Assembly (NCBI GenBank): GCA_052139735.1
Contig: JBKQWB010000003.1
Coordinates: forward strand, 27,528-91,527
Source: Smithella sp.
GTDB taxonomy: Bacteria; Desulfobacterota; Syntrophia; Syntrophales; Smithellaceae
Length of the DNA stretch: 64,000 nucleotides
Reading direction: 5' to 3'
In this document: positions 24,848 through 33,515 of the stretch, piece by piece
How positions within the stretch are numbered: position 1 is the first letter of the stretch
Layout of the letters: each line of letters opens with the position of its first letter
Made by a program: the position numbers and the translations under genes
Notes under the pieces: model-generated
Told to the model about the DNA's origin: nothing
Databases searched by the model: none
Seen by the model: the letters and a program-made list of their open reading frames with translations, nothing else

Positions 24848-24904
24848 GTTGAATCACCCTGATCTAAATATTTTTAAAGCTTATCTGTTCCGCCAATAAA
24901 CACA

Positions 24905-25435
24905 TTAACCCTGAGTTACCTGAATAAAATCCAATTCCACCGGTGTCGGCCGGCCAAAAATACTTACGATAACTCTTAATTTACTTTTTTCCGGTTTTAA
25001 TTCGTCAATAATTCCATCAAAATTAGTAAAAGGCCCGTCAATAATTCTTACATGATCACCTACATCGAATTTGAACTTAGGCTTTGGTTTTAAAGTTCCT
25101 TCATCAATCCTGAATTTTAAATTTTCCACATCTTTATCAGGTATGGGCGAAGGTTTATCTTTGCTGCCGATGAAACCGGTAACTTTGGGAGTATCTTTTA
25201 CAACGTGCCAAGCCTCATCATTCATTTCCATTCTGACAAGAATATACCCCGGGAAAAACTTACGTTTGGAATTTTTCTTTTCCCCTGAAATTAATTCCAC
25301 AACATCTTCCTCGGGAATAAGAATGTCAGAAAAATAAGCCTGAGTGCCCGTTATCTCAATTCTTTCCTGAAGACTTATTTTTACCTTATTCTCATATCCG
25401 GAATAAGTATGAACAACGTACCATTTAAAAGCCAT
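24905..25435 (-). CDS. nusG: Transcription termination/antitermination factor NusG
   Basis: 176-aa ORF (KWYVVHTYSGYENKVK, C-terminal KOW GDHVRIIDGPF), lying after secE. Confidence 0.96.
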   Translation of the reverse strand: MAFKWYVVHTYSGYENKVKISLQERIEITGTQAYFSDILIPEEDVVELISGEKKNSKRKFFPGYILVRMEMNDEAWHVVKDTPKVTGFIGSKDKPSPIPDKDVENLKFRIDEGTLKPKPKFKFDVGDHVRIIDGPFTNFDGIIDELKPEKSKLRVIVSIFGRPTPVELDFIQVTQG

Positions 25436-25439
25436 TTTT

Positions 25440-25643
25440 CTAACCTAATATAAGTTTAACCGCTTTGGCGAGGACAAAATCAAAAATGCCCAGAATAACT
25501 GAAAGAACGAAAACTAAAATTATTACAACTGCCGTAGAAGCCATCGTTTGTTTCGGAGTCGGCCACGTAACTTTCTTTAACTCAATCTTAGCTTCTTTGA
25601 TAAACTGAGTTATCTTTTGAATCGCTTCTTTTATTTTTTCCAT
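25440..25643 (-). CDS. secE: Preprotein translocase subunit SecE
   Basis: 67-aa ORF with a single C-terminal TM helix and KVTWPT motif, immediately upstream of nusG. Confidence 0.92.
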   Translation of the reverse strand: MEKIKEAIQKITQFIKEAKIELKKVTWPTPKQTMASTAVVIILVFVLSVILGIFDFVLAKAVKLILG

Positions 25644-25671
25644 ATTTCAAAATCCTTAAATAAAGAAAAAA

Positions 25672-25748
25672 TGGCAGGCCAGGAGGGACTTGAACCCCCA
25701 GCATCCGGATTTGGAGTCCGGCGCTCTATCCATTAGAGCTACTGGCCT
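25672..25748 (-). tRNA. trpT: tRNA-Trp (anticodon CCA), CCA end encoded
   Basis: Reverse strand is AGGCCAG...CCGGA-CUCCAAA-UCCGG...CTGGCCT-G-CCA, a cloverleaf with a 7-bp acceptor and CCA in a 7-nt loop. Confidence 0.93.
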
Positions 25749-25760
25749 ATACCAAATTTA

Positions 25761-25910
25761 CTACTTGGTTTCCCTGTGCAGTTTATGCCCTCGGCAAAAC
25801 TTGCAATATTTTTTCATTTCCAGACGGTTTTGCATGGTCCGCTTATTTTTTGTCGTTGTATAATTTCTTTGCTTGCATTCCGTACAAGCCAAAATAATAT
25901 TATTTCGCAT
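25761..25910 (-). CDS. rpmG: 50S ribosomal protein L33 (49 aa, zinc-binding form)
   Basis: Too short for the ORF track. Reverse strand from ATG 25910 to TAG 25761 gives [49 protein letters not shown]. Confidence 0.92.
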   Translation of the reverse strand: MRNNIILACTECKQRNYTTTKNKRTMQNRLEMKKYCKFCRGHKLHRETK

Positions 25911-25923
25911 AATTCTCCTTAAC

Positions 25924-25999
25924 TGGAGCCCACGACCAGGATTGAACTGGTGACCTCATCCTTACCAAGGATGTGCTCTACCAACTGAGCTACGTGGGC
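25924..25999 (-). tRNA. tRNA-Thr (anticodon GGT), CCA end encoded
   Basis: Reverse strand is GCCCACGTAGCTCAGTTGGTAGAGCACATCCTTGGTAAGGATG...CGTGGGC-T-CCA. Confidence 0.93.
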
Positions 26000-26040
26000 G
26001 CAATCTTTAATAAACTTTTGCCCTTATTCTATGAAATATC

Positions 26041-26116
26041 TGGAGCGGGAAACGGGATTCGAACCCGCGACCCTCAGCTTGGAAGGCTGACGCTCTAGCC
26101 ACTGAGCTACTCCCGC
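26041..26116 (-). tRNA. tRNA-Gly (anticodon TCC), CCA end encoded
   Basis: Reverse strand is GCGGGAGTAGCTCAGTGGCTAGAGCGTCAGCCTTCCAAGCTGA...TTCCCGC-T-CCA. Confidence 0.92.
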
Positions 26117-26139
26117 TTATTTTAATTTCAAATAATCCC

Positions 26140-26224
26140 TGGTGGAGGGGGGAGGATTCGAACCTCCGTAGGCTCCGCCGGCAGATTTACAGTCTGCTCC
26201 CTTTGTCCACTCGGGAACCCCTCC
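26140..26224 (-). tRNA. tRNA-Tyr (anticodon GTA), long variable arm, CCA end encoded
   Basis: Reverse strand is GGAGGGGTTCCCGAGTGGACAAAGGGAGCAGACTGTAAATCTGC...CCCCTCC-A-CCA, 85 nt. Confidence 0.92.
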
Positions 26225-26245
26225 AGTATATAAATCAAGACAAAC

Positions 26246-26321
26246 TGGAGCTGGCGATGGGACTCGAACCCGCAACCTGCTGATTACAAATCAGCTGCTC
26301 TACCGATTGAGCTACGCCAGC
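26246..26321 (-). tRNA. tRNA-Thr (anticodon TGT), CCA end encoded
   Basis: Reverse strand is GCTGGCGTAGCTCAATCGGTAGAGCAGCTGATTTGTAATCAGC...CGCCAGC-T-CCA. Confidence 0.93.
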
Positions 26322-26664
26322 AAATCCCACCTAAATATCTTTTTATATCAACAATTTACGCTTTAAAATGCAAAAACGCACACAACTACACCCTTAAGCG
26401 AATTGTGGAATCTAATTTTTATAGATGTTTTTGTCAAGTAAATTTTTTAAAAATCTTATAGATAAGCTTTAATCCTGAGAGAGAGCTTGAATAGACATAA
26501 ACTTTCTTATATTTTTTTATGAAATGTACTTTTCGGACAACATAACGCCAACATTAAATAAATTCTAAGAGACTTAGCTGAAATGACTTAATGGGCAATA
26601 TTCTTCGAATTGTTTAGTTATTTTATATTAATGTGAAAATTTTTTACCAAGCCTAAAAAATATT

Positions 26665-26693
26665 TTGACAATAATTATTTTTTGCATTAGTAT
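26665..26693 (+). promoter_or_regulatory. Sigma70-like promoter for the leu leader/operon
   Basis: TTGACA (26665-26670), a 17-nt spacer, then TAGTAT (26688-26693), about 33 nt upstream of the leader ATG. Confidence 0.55.
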
Positions 26694-26725
26694 TCATCAT
26701 TATTTTAACGAAGGCTGTAAAAACG

Positions 26726-26851
26726 ATGTCGGACATAGCGAAAAATCAGAAATGTGCAATCAATATCCTGCCTCTGCTTCTGGGAATCGCTCTGTTGCGC
26801 CTTTTACTTTTAATAAAGGCCGCCTGCCCATCGTTTTTAGGTCATCACTAG
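26726..26851 (+). CDS. Putative leu operon leader peptide (41 aa, 11 Leu)
   Basis: Hand translation gives MSDIAKNQKCAINILPLLLGIALLRLLLLIKAACPSFLGHH, with 10 Leu in a 16-residue stretch including four consecutive (CTT TTA CTT TTA). It is followed by an intrinsic terminator and then leuA. It uses a different frame from ORF-track entry 26665-26859. Confidence 0.6.
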   Translation: MSDIAKNQKCAINILPLLLGIALLRLLLLIKAACPSFLGHH

Positions 26852-26878
26852 CATTATAAAATAACTGATTACCTAAAA

Positions 26879-26909
26879 GGCCGTGGGTGAAAAACCCATG
26901 GCCTTTTTT
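26879..26909 (+). terminator. Intrinsic terminator (attenuator) between the leader ORF and leuA
   Basis: GGCCGTGGGT-gaaaa-ACCCATGGCC forms a 10-bp stem with one G-U pair, followed by TTTTTT. It lies 28 nt after the leader stop and 115 nt before the leuA ATG. Confidence 0.8.
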
Positions 26910-27024
26910 ATTATAAATTTAAGAGGTACAAGTCCCGATATCTTTGGCTACGGGATCAATTCAACCGCAAGATATTGTTGCACTATGCTTGCAATATCCG
27001 GGTTTCATTAAAGGAGATGAATAT

Positions 27025-28569
27025 ATGAAGAAAGATAAAAATCGCGTTTATATTTTCGATACGTCTTTGAGAGATGGCGAGCAATCACCCGGCTGCAGTA
27101 TGAACACTGAAGAGAAATTGATTCTTGCCCGGCAACTCGAAAGGCTTGGCGTTGATATAATCGAGGCGGGATTCCCCATCGCTTCCGAGGGAGATTTTGA
27201 CGCGGTGCGGCAAATCGCCAAAGAGATCAAGAAATCTCAGGTTGCTGCTCTGGCCCGGGCCAGCAAGCTTGACATTGATCGCGCCTGGCAGGCAATAAAA
27301 GACTCGGCTCATCCCCGCATCCATACTTTTATTTCTTCTTCTGATATTCATTTAAAGTATCAGCTCAAAAAGAGCCGTGAGCAGGTGCTGGGCGAAGCCA
27401 TCGCCGCTGTCAAGCTGGCTCGATGTTACACAGAAAACGTCGAATTCTCACCGATGGATGCCACCCGTTCTGATAAAGACTATCTTGTACAAATGGTGTC
27501 GGCGGTTATTGATGCCGGTGCCTGTACCGTCAATATTCCCGATACGGTCGGATATGCCACTCCCGAAGAATTCGGCAACTTGATTGCTTACCTGTTTGCC
27601 AAAGTTAAAAATATGGGTGACACGGTTATAGCCACTCATTGCCACAATGATTTAGGTCTGGCTGTTGCCAATTCACTGGCAGGAATAAAGAATGGCGCGC
27701 GCCAGGTGGAATGCACAATCAACGGCATCGGTGAGCGGGCCGGCAACACGGCAATGGAAGAAGTTGTCATGGCGCTGCAAACACGCAAAGACCTTTACGG
27801 TCTTCACACAAAAATCAATACCGATCAGATATACAAAACATCGCGCTTGTTGACACAAATTACCGGAATATCGGTACAGCCCAACAAAGCCATCGTGGGA
27901 GCAAATGCTTTCGCGCATGAATCCGGCATTCATCAAGACGGTTTGATTAAAGAAAAAATAACTTACGAAATCATGACCCCACAGTCCGTAGGCATAAGCG
28001 ACACACATATCGTGTTGGGTAAACACTCCGGCCGTAACGCTATTTCGCACCATCTAAAAAGAATGGGCTACGTCCTGAATGATGAACAACTGGGCAAGGT
28101 CGCGGCAAGAGTAAAGGAACTGGCAGACGTCAAGAAAGATATTTATGACGAAGATATAGAAGCGATTCTCGCCGAAGAAATCTACCGGGGCGAAGATAAA
28201 TACAATCTGATTTACCTGAATGTGGTCAGCGGCAATGTTGCCATTCCCACTGCAACTATGGAAATGCAGGTAGGTAAAGACGTTGTACGGGAAGCCGGAT
28301 TCGGCAACGGTCCGGTGGATGCCACTTTTGCGGCGATCCGTAACATCACCAAGACAAATTATCCGCTGATGAAATATATCGTCAACGCTATAACCGGAGG
28401 ATCGGACGCGCAGGGTGAAGTTACCGTCCAGCTCAAATACAACGGACATTCGGTTGTGGGACGCGGCGCGCATCCGGATGTTATTGTCGCTTCCGCCAAG
28501 GCCTATATAAACGCGTTAAATCGTCTGGAATTTTTAAAGGAAAGCGGTAAAAAGGTTAGAGTTGAATAA
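27025..28569 (+). CDS. leuA: 2-isopropylmalate synthase
   Basis: [23 protein letters not shown]..., [16 protein letters not shown], plus a C-terminal LeuA regulatory domain. The ATG at 27025 follows AAAGGAG; the ORF-track start at 26944 is an upstream TTG. Confidence 0.95.
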   Translation: MKKDKNRVYIFDTSLRDGEQSPGCSMNTEEKLILARQLERLGVDIIEAGFPIASEGDFDAVRQIAKEIKKSQVAALARASKLDIDRAWQAIKDSAHPRIHTFISSSDIHLKYQLKKSREQVLGEAIAAVKLARCYTENVEFSPMDATRSDKDYLVQMVSAVIDAGACTVNIPDTVGYATPEEFGNLIAYLFAKVKNMGDTVIATHCHNDLGLAVANSLAGIKNGARQVECTINGIGERAGNTAMEEVVMALQTRKDLYGLHTKINTDQIYKTSRLLTQITGISVQPNKAIVGANAFAHESGIHQDGLIKEKITYEIMTPQSVGISDTHIVLGKHSGRNAISHHLKRMGYVLNDEQLGKVAARVKELADVKKDIYDEDIEAILAEEIYRGEDKYNLIYLNVVSGNVAIPTATMEMQVGKDVVREAGFGNGPVDATFAAIRNITKTNYPLMKYIVNAITGGSDAQGEVTVQLKYNGHSVVGRGAHPDVIVASAKAYINALNRLEFLKESGKKVRVE

Positions 28570-28661
28570 ACATTTAAAAAAGTATAAAGATAAATTTATA
28601 TACCATTTTGTTTGGAATCTACCGTCTGATAGGCGTCAATTCCCGGCAAGGATGTTTATTA

Positions 28662-28721
28662 TTGCGCACCTTTCAGTTGCGCATCCGGCAGTTGTGCATC
28701 CGGCAGTTGCGCATCCGGTCA
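28662..28721. repeat. Four phased 15-bp tandem units in the leuA-leuC spacer
   Basis: TTGCGCACCTTTCAG / TTGCGCATCCGGCAG / TTGTGCATCCGGCAG / TTGCGCATCCGGTCA, with units starting at 28662, 28677, 28692 and 28707. Confidence 0.9.
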
Positions 28722-28851
28722 AAGGATAACGAGCGGCAAGGATGAGGCTTGGGCAGGCGTATTACCAATATGTTGAGGAAGCCGACGACCCTGCCAACAA
28801 AGTTAGCCAAAGAAAGCAATTTGGTATTATTTTTCACAAGGAGCATAAATC

Positions 28852-30111
28852 GTGGGCAACACTATTACAGAAAAAATTTTAATGGCTCATACCGGACTAA
28901 AAAAAATCGTTGCTGGCCAGTTGATCAACGCCCGAGTGGATATTGCTTTAGGCAACGATGTCACAGCGCCTATAGCCATTAATGAATTCAAAAAAGCAGG
29001 CGGGAAAAAAGTCTTTAACAGAGACAAAGTTGCTTTAGTTTTAGACCACTTTACACCTAACAAAGACATTAATTCCGCTCAACAATGCAAGGCTGTGCGC
29101 GAATTCGCCAAAACACAGAGGATAACTCATTTTTATGAAGGCGGTCAAGTGGGCATTGAACACGCTTTATTGCCTGAGCAAGGCATTGTCCTGCCCGGAG
29201 ATTTGGTCATTGGCGCAGACAGTCATACCTGCACTTACGGGGCATTGGGCGCGTTTGCCACCGGAGTGGGCAGCACCGACCTGGCTGCAGCCATGCTCAC
29301 CGGTGAATTATGGCTTAAAGTGCCATCATCTATAAAATTTATAATTTTTGGTTCCTTGCAAAAATGGGTTTCGGGCAAGGATTTGATTTTACATATAATA
29401 GGCCGCATTGGTGTTGACGGAGCTCTTTATAAGGCAATGGAATTTACCGGAGAAACAATCGGCAAATTACCAATGGCCGGCAGACTTTCGATGGCCAACA
29501 TGGCCATCGAAGCAGGAGCAAAAAACGGTATTTTTGCTCCTGATAAAATTACCAGAGAATATATCAAAAAAAGAGCAAAACGCGATTATAAATTTTATTC
29601 TTCCGATACGGATGCCGTCTATACCGACACCATTGAAATCGACGCCGGGAAAATTGAGCCGCAGGTGGCTTTTCCCCATTTGCCTTCTAATGTTAAAGGA
29701 ATAAGCAAAGCGGGCAAGGTTAAAATCGACCAGGCGCTCATTGGCTCCTGCACCAATGGCCGGATTGAAGATTTGAGAGTCGCCGCACAGATTTTGAAAA
29801 ACCGTAGGGCAGCTTCCAATGTAAGGTTGATTATTGTTCCGGCAACCCCGGAAATTTACAAACAGGCTTTAAAGGAAGGACTTATTGAAATTTTCCTGAA
29901 AGCCGCTGCAGTAATCAGCCCGCCTTCCTGTGGCGCATGTCTGGGCGGACACATGGGAATTCTAGCAGAAGGAGAAAGAGCTGTCGCTACTACAAATCGT
30001 AACTTCGTTGGCCGTATGGGACATCCCAAAAGTGAAGTCTACCTTGCAAACCCTGCAGTCGCGGCAGCTTCAGCTGTATTAGGAAGAATCGCATCCCCTG
30101 AGGAACTGTAA
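28852..30111 (+). CDS. leuC: 3-isopropylmalate dehydratase large subunit (short, about 420-aa type)
   Basis: 419-aa aconitase-family ORF with Fe-S ligand context ([29 protein letters not shown]). GTG start follows AAGGAG. Confidence 0.93.
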   Translation: MGNTITEKILMAHTGLKKIVAGQLINARVDIALGNDVTAPIAINEFKKAGGKKVFNRDKVALVLDHFTPNKDINSAQQCKAVREFAKTQRITHFYEGGQVGIEHALLPEQGIVLPGDLVIGADSHTCTYGALGAFATGVGSTDLAAAMLTGELWLKVPSSIKFIIFGSLQKWVSGKDLILHIIGRIGVDGALYKAMEFTGETIGKLPMAGRLSMANMAIEAGAKNGIFAPDKITREYIKKRAKRDYKFYSSDTDAVYTDTIEIDAGKIEPQVAFPHLPSNVKGISKAGKVKIDQALIGSCTNGRIEDLRVAAQILKNRRAASNVRLIIVPATPEIYKQALKEGLIEIFLKAAAVISPPSCGACLGGHMGILAEGERAVATTNRNFVGRMGHPKSEVYLANPAVAAASAVLGRIASPEEL

Positions 30112-30222
30112 AACCATGGGCATGATGCCTTGGGCTTTGCGGGATAGATAAACTTACCTATTCCAATGCGTTTCGTTTTTGGAATTGGCGTTTCATTAAT
30201 AAAGGAAAAAGGATTTCTTGCA

Positions 30223-30729
30223 ATGATATTCAAAGGAAAAGTTTTGAAATTTGGAGATAATATAGATACCGACGCGATTATTCCCGCGCGCTATTTAACG
30301 ACATCGGACCCGCGAGAGCTTGCCGCTCACTGCATGGAAGATGCTGATCCGGATTTTATTACCAGAATGAAGACGGGTGATATTATTCTGGGAGGAGAAA
30401 ATTTCGGCTGCGGCTCTTCGCGCGAACATGCGCCTATCGCGATTAAAGCGGCTGGCGTTTCCTGCGTCATAGCTAAAAGTTTCGCCCGCATTTTTTATCG
30501 CAACGCTTTTAACACGGGACTACCTATTTTTGAATCCAAAGAACTTGGAGACGCGATTAGCGAAGGGGAAAAAGTAACTGTGAACAGCGCTAAGGGAACT
30601 ATTACCATAACCAACTCAAACAAAATTTTTATAATTAATCCCATTCCGCCTTTTATGGAAAAACTCATTGCCGATGGTGGTTTGATGAAGCATATTGCCA
30701 AAAAAAGAGGAAAGAATGAAACAAGGTGA
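30223..30729 (+). CDS. leuD: 3-isopropylmalate dehydratase small subunit
   Basis: [25 protein letters not shown]...[13 protein letters not shown]. The internal ATG at 30223 is preferred over the ORF-track start at 30166. Confidence 0.92.
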   Translation: MIFKGKVLKFGDNIDTDAIIPARYLTTSDPRELAAHCMEDADPDFITRMKTGDIILGGENFGCGSSREHAPIAIKAAGVSCVIAKSFARIFYRNAFNTGLPIFESKELGDAISEGEKVTVNSAKGTITITNSNKIFIINPIPPFMEKLIADGGLMKHIAKKRGKNETR

Positions 30730-31810
30730 TTTTAAAATAGCCGTATTTGCCGGTGATGGCATAGGGCCGGAAATAATGAAAGAAGCTTTAAAGATTTTAA
30801 AGATTATTTCTGACAAGAAAAATATTGACCTGCAACTTACCGAAGGACTTGTCGGAGGATGCGCCTATGATCATTTTAAAGTACCCCTACCGGATTCGAG
30901 CATGGAACTTGCTCTGCAAAGCGACGCGGTTTTACTGGGAGCCGTCGGCGGTCCCCGATGGGAATCGCTGGATTATAAAGTCAGACCTGAAAGAGCGCTT
31001 CTGGGCTTGCGAAGCGCATTGGGTATTTTTGCTAATTTGCGGCCGGTTGTTGCTTTCGACGAGCTTCTGGAAGCGTCACCGCTCAAGAAAAATATCGTGC
31101 AGAGAATTGATATTATGATTGTCCGCGAATTGACAGGTGATGTTTATTTTGGCAAGCCGCGCGGCGTAAAAAAGGGGAAAGACGGTAAACGCAGAGGTGT
31201 TAACACGATGGCTTACTCGGAAGATGAAATCCGTAGAATTGCCGTTCGCGCCTTTGAAATTGCCCGAACGCGTAAAAAGAATCTCCTTTCAGTAGACAAA
31301 GCTAATGTTCTCGAAACTTCCGAGCTATGGCGTGATGTGGTGACAGAGGTCGGCCATAATTATCCGGAAATTACCCTGAAGCACATGTATGTTGATAACT
31401 GCGCTATGCAGCTTATCCGTAATCCGGCTCAGTTTGACGTAATTGTTACATCCAATTTATTCGGAGATATATTAAGCGATGAAGCCGCTATGCTGACCGG
31501 TTCCATCGGCATGCTTCCGTCAGCCAGTCTGGGCGAAAAAACCGCTTTATATGAACCCATTCATGGTTCGGCCCCGGATATAGCCGGGAAAAATATTGCC
31601 AATCCGCTGGCCACAATTCTGTCGGTGGCCTTAATGCTGCGTTATTCTTTTTCCATGCCGCTGGAAGCCGGCTTGATCGAAAAAGCCGTCGCTGAAACAT
31701 TAAAAGAAGGCTTTCGTACACAGGACATTCATCAGCAAAACAAAAAACTTGTCGGCACCGGAGAAATGGGCGACAATGTTGCAAGAAATCTGTGTAAACT
31801 CTTAAATTAG
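30716..31810 (+). CDS. leuB: 3-isopropylmalate dehydrogenase
   Basis: [20 protein letters not shown]..., [26 protein letters not shown]. The ATG at 30716 follows GAGGAAAG and overlaps the leuD end by 14 nt. Confidence 0.94.
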   Translation: MKQGDFKIAVFAGDGIGPEIMKEALKILKIISDKKNIDLQLTEGLVGGCAYDHFKVPLPDSSMELALQSDAVLLGAVGGPRWESLDYKVRPERALLGLRSALGIFANLRPVVAFDELLEASPLKKNIVQRIDIMIVRELTGDVYFGKPRGVKKGKDGKRRGVNTMAYSEDEIRRIAVRAFEIARTRKKNLLSVDKANVLETSELWRDVVTEVGHNYPEITLKHMYVDNCAMQLIRNPAQFDVIVTSNLFGDILSDEAAMLTGSIGMLPSASLGEKTALYEPIHGSAPDIAGKNIANPLATILSVALMLRYSFSMPLEAGLIEKAVAETLKEGFRTQDIHQQNKKLVGTGEMGDNVARNLCKLLN

Positions 31811-31846
31811 CGAGAGTCTTGCAAAAGCCGGCTAGAAGAAACTGCC

Positions 31847-32482
31847 GTGAGGATGAAAAAGATGGGATCTGCTGTTTTTCTTGAAAAGATATCAATTGAT
31901 CCTCCCCTCGAAAAAATATATCAGCGGCTCGGCTACAAAAAAAGAACAACCGAAATCTCGGCAAAGCAGAAAGAAGAAACCGACCGTTTTATAAATGAAG
32001 CTTTTTCTTTTATTTCACTCAAGGGAGGGTTTCTGCGTCTCACCATTAATCATAACGATGGTGAGAAAATAATTCTGACCGGAAATTTGACCTTCTACAG
32101 TAAAAAACTATCAGCTTTTCTGCGCGGTTGCAAAGAAGCTGTTCTTATGGGCGCTACGGCAAGTAACGCCATCATGGAAGCAATCAAAGAGAAAACCCGT
32201 CAGGACAATTTAGCTGCCGCGGTCGTTTATGACGCCGCGGCCAGCGAGGTGACGGATGCTGCCATGGACTGGATTATGGATTATTTTAATCAGCTCATCC
32301 GCCGCGAAGGGAAAACTCTTTTACCAAAACGTTTTTCGGCTGGCTATGCTGACTTTAATCTGGAAAATCAGAAAGCAATTTATGAAATGCTTCAAATGGA
32401 GAAATTAGGTGTAAAGATCACTTCCAACTTCATTCTCCTTCCGGAAAAATCAGTCACCGCCATCAGCGGCATTCGCGGATAA
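31847..32482 (+). CDS. Standalone methionine synthase activation (AdoMet-binding reactivation) domain protein
   Basis: About 210-aa ORF. The C-terminal RFSAGYADFNLENQKAIYEMLQMEKLGVKITSNFILLPEKSVTAISGI matches my recollection of the MetH activation-domain core (R..GY, then a downstream P.KSV..I.G). Start is uncertain (GTG 31847, ATG 31853 or ATG 31862). Confidence 0.7.
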   Translation: MRMKKMGSAVFLEKISIDPPLEKIYQRLGYKKRTTEISAKQKEETDRFINEAFSFISLKGGFLRLTINHNDGEKIILTGNLTFYSKKLSAFLRGCKEAVLMGATASNAIMEAIKEKTRQDNLAAAVVYDAAASEVTDAAMDWIMDYFNQLIRREGKTLLPKRFSAGYADFNLENQKAIYEMLQMEKLGVKITSNFILLPEKSVTAISGIRG

Positions 32483-32523
32483 CACAAAAATAATTGCCAC
32501 TCCATAAAAAGGAAAGAAACTAT

Positions 32524-33297
32524 ATGAAGCGTAAGATCATCAAAATCGACGAAGAAAAATGTACCGGCTGCGGTTTGTGCGTGCCGGAATGCCATGAGGA
32601 GGCCATAAAAATAATTGACGGCAAGGCCAAACTTATCAAAGATGCATTTTGCGATGGCCTTGGAGCATGTCTGGGAGAATGTCCCGAAGGAGCGCTTTCC
32701 ATCGAAGAACGTGATGCCGAATCTTTTGATGAAACATTGGTCAAGGAAACTATTGAGAGCCGGAAGAAAGAAGAACCTCGTTCTCACAGCAGCCAATCAG
32801 CGCATCAGAATCTTCATGTTATAAATTCCGCGGGTTCCTGCCCCGGATCTGCTCAAGCCGTATTTAAAAGAGAACCGCAGTCCGCCGCAGACGCATTTTC
32901 GACAAAAACAAAACCGTCGGAACTCACACACTGGCCGATTCAAATGCACCTTATAAATCCGGCGGCTGATTTTTTTCATGGAAAAGATATGGTGCTTGCA
33001 GCTGATTGCACAGCCTTTGCGCTTGGTGATTTTCATGCAAGATTCCTGAAGGGGAAAATCCTGGCGATTGCCTGTCCGAAACTGGACGAAGGACAGGAAG
33101 AATATATAGAAAAAATCCGCCGGATGGCGGATGAGGTAGAAATAAATACACTGACCGTTATCATCATGCAGGTTCCCTGTTGCCGCGGCCTGATACAGAT
33201 TGCCCAGGCAGGCCTTAATAAGGCAACAAGAAAAGTGCCGCTCAAAGTCGTGACCGTCGGCATCAAAGGAGAGATACTCTCGGAAGAATGGACTTAG
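32524..33297 (+). CDS. 4Fe-4S dicluster-type iron-sulfur protein with an uncharacterised Cys-containing C-terminal domain
   Basis: CTGCGLCVPEC and CDGLGACLGECP cluster motifs at the N-terminus. The C-terminal part has ADC...ACPKLD...VPCCRGL. ATG at 32524 chosen. Confidence 0.75.
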   Translation: MKRKIIKIDEEKCTGCGLCVPECHEEAIKIIDGKAKLIKDAFCDGLGACLGECPEGALSIEERDAESFDETLVKETIESRKKEEPRSHSSQSAHQNLHVINSAGSCPGSAQAVFKREPQSAADAFSTKTKPSELTHWPIQMHLINPAADFFHGKDMVLAADCTAFALGDFHARFLKGKILAIACPKLDEGQEEYIEKIRRMADEVEINTLTVIIMQVPCCRGLIQIAQAGLNKATRKVPLKVVTVGIKGEILSEEWT

Positions 33298-33515
33298 CAA
33301 AGCATCTCTTTAATAATCAAATAAACTTTATTGTCTTTATTACACAAAACACTATATTTTTACTTTAAATAAAAAAACACACTTCTTGCTTTAAAAATGT
33401 TATAAGAACATTGTAAAAAATAAAAACTGCTTATTGGTATTATACGAAAATTCAACGATTTTATATCTATTCTCATTTCTCTTTACCGTTATAAAAAGCA
33501 CAAAAGGATAAATAT

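Noticed and set aside
26665-26859. 64-aa ORF-track entry upstream of leuA
   Set aside because: It has no family resemblance and starts inside the predicted promoter. The alternative frame (26726-26851), with a Leu run followed by a terminator, explains the region better.
28662-28721. Possibility that the 15-bp tandem units are a CRISPR array
   Set aside because: The units are directly abutting with no spacers, are far shorter than CRISPR repeats, and no cas genes are nearby.
31488-31964. 158-aa minus-strand ORF spanning the leuB 3' end
   Set aside because: It is antisense to conserved leuB coding sequence and to the start of the next gene. It has no domain signature.
32797-33300. 167-aa minus-strand ORF opposite the Fe-S protein gene
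   Set aside because: The plus-strand ORF has clear 4Fe-4S cluster motifs. The antisense ORF has none and overlaps it completely.
33378-33392. Sigma54 (-24/-12) promoter reading of CACACTTCTTGCT
   Set aside because: TTGC is present, but the essential GG of the -24 element is AA in both copies (AACAC instead of GGCAC). Both copies also carry extended -10 TGnTATAA elements that fit a sigma70-type promoter.
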